From NCBI RefSeq assembly GCF_006345805.1, contig NC_043002.1, positions 89,032,001 through 89,096,000 on the forward strand: a stretch of 64,000 nt of DNA. The letters run 5' to 3'. Within the stretch, counting starts at the first letter, position 1, and each line of letters opens with the position of its first letter. Positions 1 through 12,625 of this stretch are shown here, piece after piece. The stretch is from Octopus sinensis (lineage: Eukaryota). The notes beneath the pieces are model-generated. The model had not been told where the DNA came from. It did not search any database and worked only from the letters and a program-made list of their open reading frames with translations. The translations under genes were made by a program, and so were the position numbers.

Positions 1-53
1 ATGCCACAGTATACTTGTGACTGCCTTAGACTGTTTCTTAATTAGCAAATATA

Positions 54-465
54 GGTGTAGGAGTGGCTGTGTGGTAAGTAGCTTGCTTACCAACCACATG
101 GTTCCAGGTTCAGTCCCACTGCATGACACCTTGGGCAAGTATCTTCTACTGTAGCCTCAGGCCGACCAAAGCCTTGTGAGTGGATTTGGTAGACAGAAAC
201 TGAAAGAAGCCCGTCATATATATGTATACATGTATGTGTGCACGTATATGTTTCTATGTCTGTGTTTATTCCCCCCACACACACACACACATCGCTTGAC
301 AACCGATTCTGGTGTGTTTACGTCCCCGTAACTTAGCGGTTCGGCAAAAGTGACCGATAGAATAAGTATTAGGCTTACAAAGAAAAAGTCTTGGGGTCGA
401 TTTGCTCGACTAAAGGCGGTGTTCCAGCATGGCCACAGTCAAATGACTGAAACAAGTAAAAGAGT
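54..465 (+). mobile_element. tRNA-derived SINE family 1 with CORE-like domain
   Basis: Pol III A box (GTGGCTGTGTGGTAAG) and B box (GGTTCAGTCCC); CACCTTGGGCAAGT CORE-like motif; internal TA/CA microsatellite; ACTGAAACAAGTAAAAGAG tail; close copies at 11636, 19588 and 25783. Confidence 0.9.
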
Positions 466-2593
466 TATGAAACATTTTTTTAGTTCCAACAATTTACAAA
501 AAAGTGACAGGTGGCCAGGTTGATGACAGGACAAACAGCTGAAAAATTAACAGTTTGTCACAAATCTGTACTTTGTCTATATGCAAAATATTTAACTCTT
601 ACTGCTTCAAAACAGCCTGTAAATAGACACTAATGATATACTGTTGTAATGAGTAATATTAATGTTTGATTAACTAGCAATTATTTTGCAGTGCTGAAGT
701 CAAATCCCTACAATAAACTTTTGCAAAATTCTCAGAAATGTTCAGCACAAGTGCACTGTCATCGATTAAAAATATGAAGTTAAATTGAGAGTTAGAGCTA
801 GTCAAGTGAACTCATTCTTCCTACACACATGTACACAGATTTAAAGAGACAGATGGCAAACCATTCCACTATATTTATCTTTCAATCACTAAAACACAAA
901 GACCCCAAAGGGTTACAAGATATTACATCGGATACAAATGAAAGATTATGTCCACAACACAAATAAAATGCATACATATAAATGCAGACACTGAAAATTT
1001 TGAAATATAGACACTCAGATATAGTTATATCAAAACCACAGGAACTAAGCAGCACAATGAAATGATTTTGTACGATAATTTCAAAAATAAGCATGAATTT
1101 AGTGAGATTTACTAAAATAACTTTTCATTTTTAGGTTTGTGTTTTGAACAAAATATTTTTATGTGAAATTATGGTAGACTTGTAGCAAATCCCTCATGTA
1201 CCATGTCCATTATTTATAATGGTTGGAATAGCTTGTCACGGTTATATTGATTGATCAACCAGAGGAGAATGTAAATAAAACTATTGTTAAATGTTATCTT
1301 CCACTTTTGTTTATGCAGGCCAGAATTTATAATTCCCTACAGGTTTTAATTTAAACATGATCACTTTAAGATGAGAGGTTTTCTGTTGTAGGATCAAAGA
1401 TAGTCTCATGTGGGTTGGTATCACAAGAGCTTTAAAGTAGCTCACAGTAATGGCTGCAACGTCAACTATATCAACACATGACTACATGATAATGAGAAAT
1501 ATGCAATATTCAGCAGCACCTTATTATCACCCCACTATGATTACAACCTCCACCCCAGCAATCTAGTTATTACCATTTTCACAGTCGTTATTTCATCAAA
1601 ATATTAATCTTTAAAAGCATGTGTCAGCTACTTGAATCTTTCAAAACAGAAATTGCACCTCAACGCCTATCATCATAGTTTGTACAAGTAATGCAACCTT
1701 TAAGCTGCAGATTACTGAATCTTCAGGGCAATAAGCAAATATAGAAATTAAAAAAAAAAAGAAGAAAAAAATTAGTATTTAACATTTTCATTTGAAAATG
1801 TTTAAGTGAAGATTGAAATTTTCTTTTAATGAATAAATTAGTTGTAGATCAGTACACAGTAACACTTTACAGCCACCTTTAAGTCACTAAGTGATTTTAT
1901 CAGTTACTTCAAGTGATTGGAGATTAACCTTTTAAAGAACTTTTGGATAAATATTTATTTTTTTAATACACATAAAAACCAGTCTAATTATTTCTAAAAT
2001 GTCTTTTACTGTTAGAGCCAAAACACATTTCAGTCTTAAACAGCTGGTAATTCTATTTGAGACATTATAAGTATGCATCACAACATACACATTCACCATT
2101 GGCCTGTCATAAAGCAATATATACCTTCTGCTGTTATTACAACTACATTGTTAACTTTATTACAACTCCTGACTAGAACCCACTTAAGTACTTGCTTTTC
2201 CATCACTCTTAAACACTTTCACAATATTTTATACTTAGAATTAAATTTCTTTGGCAATCAATTTTTATACAGAAACTGTACAGCTATTTAATGTTATTTG
2301 TCAAATATAACTTATTTTAGTTAAGTTTCCAATCACATAAGATTTTAATTTTTTTATGGTTCAATCAGAAGATGAAGAGCAATACGCGTGACACTTGCAG
2401 GATTTCCAAAACTTAAGCAGAAAGAAAGAAATAGGAAGGAACAATAACACATGTACTGCATCAATATGAAGATATGAAGCAGCACATAAAGATATTGAGC
2501 TATCTTCAGACAAAAGACCTGATGCAAATACAACAGATTGGAACCTACTAAAGGAACCCAAAGGACCAGGTAGTGCTTCTAAATTTTCTGACA

Positions 2594-2821
2594 TTAAACT
2601 TTTAGCATTCAGATTACTTCCTCAAATATAATGCTTATTTATTCACATTGTTTTAAATTAATCAAGCACTATCTTGTAGCTTTGAGTTTTTATGATATCA
2701 TTGTTTTTTTTTAGAAAGACATTGGACAGTAGATGTGAGGGGCTGAATCTGACTGGTTTAAACATAAAACAAAGCTGAATATATAGGCTGGACTTAGCCA
2801 GTTTAAATGCTAAAGGGTTAA
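2594..2821 (+). mobile_element. piggyBac-type MITE family A
   Basis: TTAA...TTAA ends with TIR (C)TTTAGCATT / AATGCTAAAGGG; ~228 bp; about 12 copies in the window. Confidence 0.85.
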
Positions 2822-3669
2822 AGCTAATAAATTTTCTCCTCACAGTTACTGGAATTTATTTTAATGTTAAAAAAGGGGGAGGTGTTTACTCACTACATTA
2901 ATTTTCCCCCATTTAGCTACAATATTCTTATAGCTTTTTCAATAGATTAATTTGACACTATGTTTCATAGAAGCTGTGATATTTAACATAACAAATGTTT
3001 TCCAGTATAATTCAAATAACTAAACTATACTGGTAGATACTCTCAACAAAATATAATAATGTCACTGCAGAATAAGTAAAAACTACACACCCACATTTAC
3101 AATATAAAACATAGGCAAAACAGCTGAATGATTAAGATTAAAAACCCAAAGATTAGAAGTTCAAAACCTCATCACTAGAATTATATATTCAGACAACAAA
3201 CCAAGATATTTTACTAGAGGGGGAAAAAAACTTCAAAGAAACTATTGCCAGTTTGTATCATTGGAACTCAGATAACACATTGATTCTTCATAGATCTCTG
3301 AAGAAGGGTTCCACTGAAAATGTTAGAATTCCTATCAATCGCAGAGAATATCAGGTTTATTCAAATTTGTGAATATTATTTTGCTGCCTCAGTAAACATA
3401 TACAACACTATTTTACAGTGGAATACTTCAATTAATGCAAGTGTATGAATTATATGAAATTGTTACATGAAAGAGATATAAACCAATGAAAATTTGTTTC
3501 TAAACATTCCATTCATAGAACAATTTGTTTCTTTTATTGAGAAACAACAAAAATCAGTGCACAGCTTGCTACAGAGATATTAAATGATTTCTGTTAACAA
3601 TACCACCTATTATCTTCCATAATCATATAGTTGTACAGCAATTAACACTTAGAGTGACAGGCACATAAT

Positions 3670-4300
3670 CAGAAGGTTAGAAAGAAGTGAATGACTGAAG
3701 AGAAAGCAGAAAGAGAGATATCAGAGAAGTGAGGAGTGGAATAGAGACAGTGAAGAAAAGGTATAGAAACATAAGAGAATGGGAGAGAGAGATGTATTAT
3801 GTAAGAGAGAGGGGGAAAGAAATACAAGGGAATGGGGAACAGAGACATAAGAATGTGAAGACATTGGAGAAGGGGAATAGATACATCAGATGAGGAAGTA
3901 AGAGACATTAGAGAAAGGAGAATAGAGACATTAAAAGAGGAAATTGATAGAAAGATCAGAGAGAGTGTATAAGAAACATAAGAGAGGGGCAATAGAGAGG
4001 CATCAGAAAGAGTGGGGGGTATAAACAGATATATCAGAGAGGGAGGGGATAGAGACATCAGGGAGTGAGGGAATAGATAGAGACATCAAAGCCGAAACAG
4101 AGACATTGGGGAGACATCTAGGGGGTGATACAGAGACATCTGGGAGGAGATATTCTCATTTTCAGATGTCTAAGGAGTGAGAAAGTGGAAAGAAATACCA
4201 GCAGGTGGTGAAAGCAGAAAATCAAACGAAAGAAACATAAGAGGTAAATTATAGAAAGGAAAAAGGACAGAAAAATACAGTGTGATGAAAAAATAACATC
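3670..4300. repeat. purine-rich degenerate GA minisatellite (AGAGACAT-based)
   Basis: Recurrent AGAGACAT(C/T)A motif in A/G-rich sequence. Confidence 0.75.
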
Positions 4301-4482
4301 AAAGTAAAAACAAAATGTGAATTAAAAGGTGCAAAGTAAAAAATGATGGTGAAAACCATTATTACTATTATTCCATTTAAACTGAGTTATTCACAGATGT
4401 CAAAAACATATTAAAATATATGAATAGATTAGAGAGCAATAATGAATATTCACAGTAATTTTAATTGTTAATTAAAAATAAC

Positions 4483-4762
4483 CATCATCATCATCATCGT
4501 TTAACGTCCGTTTTCCGTGCTAGCACAGGTTGGATGGTTCAACCAGGATCTGGGAAGCCAGAAGGCTGCACCAGGCTCCAGTCTGATCTGGCAGTATTTC
4601 TACAGCTGGATGCCCTTCCTAACGCCAACCACTCCGTGAGTGTAGTGGGTGCTTTTTACGTGCCAGGCGAGGCTGGCAACAGCCACGATCGGATTGGTGC
4701 TTTTTACGTGCCACCGGCACAGAAGCCAGTCAAGGCAGTGCTGGCATTGCTGGCATCCAATG
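4483..4762 (-). mobile_element. RTE-tailed short retroposon, (GAT)n tail
   Basis: (CAT)n-CGTTTAACGTCCG tail; GCTGGATGCCCTTCCTAACGCCAACC core; repeated GGTGCTTTTTACGTGCCA; same family as 51404, 56707 and 61996. Confidence 0.85.
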
Positions 4763-5267
4763 ATAATTAAATCAGAAAATACAAATAGATAAATATGAAC
4801 AGTGAAAGTCGAATGAGGCTGGACCAAGAACAGCTGAATAAGAACTCCTGAATGAAAATAGAAATAACAATACTATACAATATAAATCTAAGATGAATCA
4901 TATTGTTATGATTATAAATAGAAATTGTAATGTATTTTCCCATTGGCATTGTTCTAACAATAAATCAAAATTTGTTGGCACCTAACAAATTACCATTATT
5001 ATTTATACAATTTATCTTTCTCATAATTCTTTAGACATCCCTATTTATTTCATTTCTAAAATATCTAATTTTATAACTGCCTACAACCAACTTTACTTGA
5101 GCTTAAAGAAGTCACCCTCTCAGTTAAAACTATTTTGTATTTTCCAGTATACAGGTCAAAATTCTCAGACCAAAATTTACAGTCAAAAATTGTAGGCTGA
5201 CATATATACTAAGAAAACTTTGGCAGACCAAAAATTCCATATGAAATACAGCAGTATTTGAAAGGAT

Positions 5268-5886
5268 AGTGACAATATTTGAATATTTACACTACATGTT
5301 TACATTATATACTACACTGACTTTTATGTTGGAAAATACAATAAAATGTTAGCAGGAATAACAAAAGATATCACTCTTTACAACATGAAAAACTTAATAC
5401 AAGTATATACATTTTCCCTTCAACAAACATTGTTGATTTTCATTAAAATATTTTATGCATGTTACAAAAAGTACCATCTTTTTAGAATTAAATCTTAAAT
5501 ATTAAAAAGTCACTGACTATATCAGTTCATTATGCCTCCCAGCAATGTTTACGCAGAGCCACTGTGCCATTGAAAGTGACAATATTTGAATATTTACACT
5601 ACATGTTTACATTATATACTACACTGACTTTTATGTTGGAAAATACAATAAAATGTTAGCAGGAATAACAAAAGATATCACTCTTTACAACATGAAAAAC
5701 TTAATACAAGTATATACATTTTCCCTTCAACAAACATTGTTGATTTTCATTAAAATATTTTATGCATGTTACAAAAAGTACCATCTTTTTAGAATTAAAT
5801 CTTAAATATTAAAAAGTCACTGACTATATCAGTTCATTATGCCTCCCAGCAATGTTTACGCAGAGCCACTGTGCCATTGAAAGTGA
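5268..5886. repeat. 307-bp tandem duplication (2 copies)
   Basis: 5268-5574 repeats at 5575-5881 with no difference seen by eye; AGTGA microhomology at 5268, 5575 and 5882. Confidence 0.95.
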
Positions 5887-5898
5887 ACAGAAAGGTTT

Positions 5899-6126
5899 TT
5901 AACCTTTTCATTACCAACCCGGCTGAAACCGACTCTGGCTCTGAGTACAAATGTCTTGTTTCCATAAGTTTTGAATCAAAATCTTCCACCAAACCTTAGT
6001 CACAATTTATTTTCCTAACACTAGCTTAATGATAACTAAGTTATTTTACTAAATTCTTTGTAATATTTAAAGTAATTGAAAGAAACACAGAGCATCTTAA
6101 CAGAAATACAGTAATGAAAGGGTTAA
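5899..6126 (+). mobile_element. piggyBac-type MITE family B
   Basis: TTAA-CCTTTTCATTAC ... GTAATGAAAGGG-TTAA; homologous reverse copy at 13779. Confidence 0.8.
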
Positions 6127-6264
6127 AAAACAGTTCAAATTAGGAATGAGTTAAATATTAAAATTCAAACCTACTTCTCAGAAAATAAGCACCATGTTTG
6201 AATATGACTTGAAAATGATGAATAATCAAACCGTTTCTTGATTTCAATTTCTTTAAATAAATGT

Positions 6265-6300
6265 GCTTACCTGAAAACAAAAAAAAAATATAGTTAAATT
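6265..6300 (-). other. candidate recursive splice site (AG|GT ratchet point)
   Basis: Minus strand reads TTTAAC (branch-like) TATATTTTTTTTTTGTTTTCAG|GTAAGC. Confidence 0.45.
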
Positions 6301-7653
6301 TAGATTTAAATAGATATTACTGAAATATTTAAACAATGAAATAAAAACAATAAAAAATATCCATGTTTAAAGCATGTCTTTAATACAAAAGATTTTATGA
6401 TCATTATATTCGTATCCAAAGTAAAAAAAACCTAAGTAAATTATTAGAAGCTTGTTCATAGGATTTCATTTGTTCATCAAATCATTTTTAATGACATTTG
6501 AAAGGGGTTATTACCAAACATTTTTGTGATCATGTTAACTTAAATCTTTTAATTCCAGGGTGACATCAAGAAGGATCTTTCAGAAATTTTATATGCATTA
6601 AAAGATGTTGATACTTTGTGTGACTTAGTATTTCAATAATGAACTTCAAATATTCAGATGTAATTTATTCAATATACTTAGATTTCTGAATGAATCCCTT
6701 CTGTGTATTAATTGACATTTTTCATCTATACCTCTCAATAATTATAAAAGAAACGTAAAAGCAGGTTTTAATCATTTAGATCTTGAGATATGATTAAATG
6801 TAATTAAAGATAATATAGGAAAGTTTTTTTTAAACTCTAAAAGTTCAAATAATTTAATGTTCTATTAGAGGTAAATTAGATAACTAAGCCAAAAATTAGA
6901 ATTAACATTAATTTCAAAACATTTTAGTAAATTGAATAATATTTGAAGAAAGACCAACATTAGCAACATGTTAAACATAAGCCAATAGGATAGTGACTGC
7001 TTTGAAAAATATTTTCAATAAAAACATAGAGGGAGGAATTCACCTGGAACTGTCGTGACTGGAAGTGTAATTTATCTGCTTTAGCTATACTGAATGATTG
7101 TAATAAGGGAACCAGGCAAGGTAATGTGGAACAGATGGAATTTGCAGCAAAGGTTTAGAAACCATATTAGAGGGATGAAATTTTTGGAAAGGGAAAAATG
7201 ATAACTTGGATTGACTAAAGAAAATACACAACATGAATCCAGTCTGGTAGGTTCAGTTATGATCTACAAGCATGATATATTAGATGAGGAGGGTGAGAGA
7301 AATAATATAGATCCTAGATCCGTGTTATAAAGTAAGATAATACTCTACACTAAGTGATATCTTTCAGTTCTATTTACAATTCTTTCAATGTGAAATTAGG
7401 GATGATACAAAGTCCACTGTTTTCAACTAACTATTCAACTAAATCAAGAGAACGTTAATAAATTTGAAGGTTGTATATTTATTCTGAGATACAAACTTAG
7501 GAGAAATCAAATTTTGTGATTCATATATTTCAGATTTCTTTCCTAACAATCATGAGAGAAAAACAAAACAGGACTTATCTTTTAACCTTTCTAACACCAA
7601 AATTATCAATGTACAGAAAAAAATCATTTATTATCCCCACAACTCCTGGTCAT

Positions 7654-8023
7654 TTGTCATTTTCTCAGTGAGGCCCAGCATCTGAAGATCCTTTCTCACC
7701 ACCGTGACCTGCATCTTCCTGGGTCTACCCCTTTCCACAAGTTCCCTCCACAATTAGACTTCAGCACTTCTTTATGTAGCTGTGCTCATCCATATGCACC
7801 ACGTGACCAAACTAGCGTAGTCTTCTTTCCTGCACACAACATCTGATGCCTCTTATACCCAGTTTTCCTCTTAAAGCAAGTCCTCTGTAGTCATAGCCCA
7901 TGTTTCACTGCCATGCAGCATAGCTGTACATACACAGGCATCATACAACCTGTCTTTCACTCTGAAGGTAGATGATCTCTGAACTTTGCCCAGCCCATTC
8001 TTATTTTAGCAACTACACTTTCA
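7654..8023 (-). pseudogene. RTE-clade LINE 3' fragment (C-terminal to RT)
   Basis: Minus-strand translation gives IRMGWAKFR, RLYDACVCTAMLHGSETWA, FGHV and GRPRK, which are RTE motifs; frameshifts and stops present. Confidence 0.85.
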
Positions 8024-8904
8024 AGAGTAACAGTTTGCCTCAGATCCACATTACTTAAAGTTTCATGAGTGTAGAACACATCCACATCATTAGATGTTTG
8101 GAGTCAGAATAAAGAGAATGTAAAAGAAATTTTAAATGGCTTCTAAATGAGAGCATTTAGGCCTCCATAGGTGAGTTCAGTCACATGTTTGTGTTAGCTA
8201 TCTTAGCGGCAACAATTTTTTGATTGGAAATGCCACATGGTGAAGCAGATCAGTTTGTTGAAATTCTGCAATGTGTAGTGACAATTGTTACCAAGAAAGG
8301 TGATAGTCAATTTGATGATGTCATGTTACATAGTTTGTGTGACTAGCATGAGTGATAGTAAGTCGTAATCTGTACAGACAGTAGGGATCATATGTCCCAC
8401 CTTCAGTCCTTCATTCACATACATCCACACAGTGTTATTCGCAAATATATTGTGCAATGACCACCAGATATTATTACAACTTGCATGCAATAACGTTCAA
8501 ATAGAATTTTCAGAGTCACATCCAAGATTTTGTTGTTCTCTCATTAAAAGAGTATGATATTTGAAGTATCAAGAATAATTACTAATAGGTTTTATAGAGT
8601 TAGCATATTGTTCATTTAAATGTTTGCAAGAAAATAATAATCAACAAAAGAGATAATCCATATTTTAGTAATAATTCACTTTCACAAGCAAGCTGCCTCC
8701 ATTTGAGACATATTACTTAGCAAAATCAGAGCCAAAACACTCTAAACAAGGACAGTGGTTGAAAAGAATCAGACAACTTTCTTACATTTCAAACTGATAG
8801 CACTTGGGAATAACAAAGCAAGCTAAAATAGACATAAATAGGCAATGACAACTTGTTTTAGAAGTGAAATCCAAACCCTATAACTAAAAGACAATTATAC
8901 AGAG

Positions 8905-9093
8905 TAGTGTTTTTCAAACTGTGGTTCCCGACCCTTCAGTGGGTTACCAGATAAATAAGAATGGGTCACAACAAAAAAGAAGGAAAGAAAAAATGCAAGT
9001 GGGTGCAAAGTGCAGAATATAAACCAGCGTTTTTAAAACTTGGTCACGAGATAGATAAAAAGGGTTGCGACTAGAAAATTTGAAAAAATGCTG
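8905..9093. mobile_element. hAT (Charlie/MER5-like) MITE
   Basis: TIR TAGTGTTTTTCAAA / TTTGAAAAAATGCTG; 8-bp TSD ATACAGAG/ATATAGAG. Confidence 0.7.
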
Positions 9094-9419
9094 ATATAGA
9101 GCATGTTGATTATATATTCATAAAGCATTAAGTTTTATAAAAAGAAAAGCTGTTGCAAAAATATAGGTATTAATGTTAATAATTCCCAGATTCTGTATCC
9201 AAGGAATTTAATTGCTTTAAAATTCTCTTCCATCATAGTTCTATGTAAAATCCTTGATAGAATAGTTATATAAGTATTCTTTACTCCATTATTATCATAA
9301 ACATGAACTCATAATTGTCTTCATTATGAGATAAATGAGAATTCCCCAGTCTGGTAAGAGACTTTATCAGCTCATCACGCAATGTCAAAATTAATCTTTA
9401 TACCTCTTTTCATAATCTT

Positions 9420-9616
9420 TTACTTGTTTCAGTCATTTGAACGTTTTGAAGGGTTTAATAAAACAAATGAACCCCAGTAATTTTTTTTTTTGTTTTTTGT
9501 TTTTTACTTATTCTATCATTCTCTCTTGACAAACCATTAAGTTACAGTGATGTAAACAAATTAACACAGGTCATTAAGCAGTGGTGAGACACACACACAC
9601 ACACACACACACACAC
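9420..9616 (-). mobile_element. degenerate SINE family 1 tail fragment
   Basis: TACTTGTTTCAGTCATTTGA tail motif followed by (CA)n. Confidence 0.6.
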
Positions 9617-9619
9617 ATT

Positions 9620-9771
9620 ACATGGAAAAATGCGAGCATGAAAAGTAATATTCTTAAGATTATAAACCTGGAAAAGTACATGACAAGTTATTACACCTGT
9701 AAAAGTATAGGACAAACTATTACTTCAAGTAAAGTAAAGAATAAGAACTTTTTACTTTAAAATATTGCAGC
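9620..9771. mobile_element. solo arm of long-TIR DNA transposon
   Basis: Homologous to the 47401-47552 TIR (CATGGAAAAATG...TATTGCAGC). Confidence 0.75.
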
Positions 9772-11047
9772 AAAGAATGCCAGTTCTTCTAATTTATCAC
9801 ACTTTACAGTTCTCATCTTTTAAATTTATAGTACAAAACTGTTCAGTTAATTTGTAAGTTTGTCTAGTGAGTCAAGCAATGGCAAACCACCCTAATATCT
9901 TTGCCAAGTAAACACTATGACAAAGTCAAGACAAAGTAGCATTATAGCTTCATCCAATGGGAAAACTCACACTTAATCAAGACTTTCATTGTAATGTCAT
10001 CAACATGCTGCAAAAAAGCATACATGACAATGATGAAGCTTTCAATAAGCCAACTTCATTATTTAGTTTCTCTTCCTAGTTTTCCTTCATTTCAACCAAT
10101 AATCCTCATTTCTCCTTCCCTACTAACTCACAAAATGTCTGCACTTCATGATTATTAATAGACTGAAAAATGGATGTTAATTCAATGTGAAGCTGTAAGA
10201 AACAGGAAACTATACAGCAATGCTTTGTTCCCTACTCTTTTCACTTGGTCTAAACATCTAAAGAGTTCATAGCCAGGAATTGATAAAAACTTCAGAATGA
10301 AAACAAGCCAAGAGCTGCAACAAGAACTTTGGAACTTGGATAAACAACTTTGAGTCAAAATTCCCTGAGAGCATGACCAACACAAAGTAATGGAAGCCAT
10401 ATAATTTCAACACCATCAAAAACAAATTGCCTTACGTGTTAAGCAAGATCTCAATAATGTAGACAATGCAATCAAAGCGTCCTTTGAAGATACAATAATC
10501 TGTGGCAGAATGACACAAAAGCAAAACTTTATTTGCATCAAATGTACAGAAATAGCTAGCAACATAATCAACATTGGCTGAATAGTATGAATACGTGGAT
10601 GACCAATGGTAGATATAGTCTGTTATCTGTGTGATATGATTAGTGGTATATGCGGATTATAGTACTGATACTGATAGTTAAGTGGTTTTGGAAGTGGATG
10701 ATATAGTTGCTATCAGAGGTAACAACTTTTAGATCTAAGTTAGAATTATGATAATGTATGGCAGTGACTGTAGATTTACTACACCTGGAAAAAAGTAAGC
10801 TGTGAGTGGTTAATTGAATGAACAAAAATAATTTCTTAAACTCAGTTGAATAAAGAAAGCAAATGTGCATCAATATACACAGGAAGGGAACATAATCTAA
10901 TGGAATGTAATAGATTGATATATGTAAAATGGAAAAGCAGTGGGACTTTGTGGTACAAGCTACCCAGACCAAAGATGTCTTATAATGTCAGTATGAAAAC
11001 GAAAGACCAAATATAGGGAAGATGTAATCAAGCAGATGGATTAGTCC

Positions 11048-11275
11048 TTAACCTTTTAGCATTCAGATTAGTCCATCAAATGTAATGCTTATTTATTCGC
11101 ATTGTTTGGAATTAGTCATGCATTATCTTGTAGGTTTGAGATTTCAATGATGTGATTATTTATTTTTAGAATGACATTTTAGGGCAGGTGTGAGAGGCCT
11201 GATCTGGCTAGTTTGCACATAAAACAGGAAGAATATTTCAGTCTGATATAGCCAGTTTAAATGCAAAAGGGTTAA
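11048..11275 (+). mobile_element. piggyBac-type MITE family A
   Basis: TTAA-CCTTTTAGCATT ... AATGCAAAAGGG-TTAA. Confidence 0.9.
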
Positions 11276-11370
11276 AAGATTAGATACAAATGAGATAACA
11301 TATAGTCAACGACAGACTACTGCATTGCACATGCATCTACACATGTAAGCAACAAAAAATGAGTAGGGTG

Positions 11371-11403
<33 letters not shown>

Positions 11404-11470
11404 GTGGTGGTGGTGGTGGTGGTGGTGGTGACAGTGGTGATGGTAGAGATAGTGGTTATGGTGATGGTAG
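11371..11470. repeat. compound microsatellite (TAA)n(GGT)n
   Basis: Direct reading. Confidence 0.95.
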
Positions 11471-11635
11471 TGACTGCAACCATGCTAATGCAAGACAATC
11501 ACCCTCACAAGGTTTAACCAATTGATACTAATTTTAACAGTCTTCTGGTTACACTGTCTAAATAATGTAATCATTTTGTAGCAAAGTAACTGAAAGAAGC
11601 AAATTTTAATTGTTAAGAAAGATCCCCACCAAAGA

Positions 11636-12084
11636 TACTTTTTTTTTTACTTTTTTTACTTTTTTACTTGTTTACTTGTTTCAGTCATTTGACTGTGGCC
11701 ATGCTGGAGCACCGCCTTTAGTCGAGCAAATTGATCCCAGGACTTATTCTTTGTAAGCCTAGTACTTATTCTATCGGTTTCTTTTGCCGAACCGTTAAGT
11801 TACGGGGACGTGAACACACCAGCATCGGTTGTCAAGTGGTGTTGGAGGGACAAACACAGACACACAAGCATACATATATATATAATACATACATATAACG
11901 GGCCTCTTTCAGTTTCCGTCTACCAAATCCACTCACAAGGCTTTGGTCGGCCCGAGGCTATAGTAGAAGACACTTGCCCAAGGCTATAGTAGAAGACACT
12001 TGCCCGAGGTACCATGCAGTGAGACGGAACCTGGAACCATGTGGTTGGTAAGCAAGCTACTTACCACACAGCCACTCCTACGCC
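11636..12084 (-). mobile_element. tRNA-derived SINE family 1
   Basis: Reverse complement of 54-465; internal 26-bp tandem duplication at 11955-12005. Confidence 0.9.
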
Positions 12085-12597
12085 TATGAGAGTTTTTACC
12101 TTTCTCAAAGTTACTACTGAAGCAAAATGGCTTCAACTATAAATCAAAGCAGACAGTTTTTCAAAAAAAGAACACCAGTAAGGTTTAAAATTAGTAGAAT
12201 ACAAACTAGATTTGAGAGATAATGATGAGAATGATGAGAATGAACAGGAAAATAAATCCATAACATCCTTGCATCGTTCTTTCTGCTGCTTTATCCTTGC
12301 TATTTATCATTTGACATGCAATATCAATATAAATCAAGTAAAATGGTTTCAACTAGGATTTGAGACTGAGTCACAAACTCAGTGCACCAAAAGAATTATG
12401 ACAATGATTTCTAAATAAGTACAATGATTTCTAAGGCAGTAGAAGAGTAACTCAAACTCTTTCTTAAAAGTCTGTGGTATATAAATAGGCAACCGAAGAT
12501 CAAAATTTACATGTGCATCAGAACTCTAAAACACTACTAAAAGATATAAGATAGTATTTGCCTTGCCATTTACCCACATGTTTGGTTCACTAACAGC

Positions 12598-12625
12598 AGT
12601 AGTAGTAGTAGTAGTAGTAGTAGTA
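12598..12625. repeat. (GTA)n microsatellite
   Basis: Direct reading. Confidence 0.9.

Noticed and set aside
87-302. Recurrent peptides such as IYDGLLSVSVYQIHSQGFGRPEA (also 19759, 25818) and LDALPNANHS (4465, 56708, 62038)
   Set aside because: They are chance ORFs within multi-copy SINEs and retroposons, not gene families.
3669-4058. 129-aa hydrophobic S/L/F-rich ORF
   Set aside because: It is the reverse translation of a GA-rich low-complexity tract.
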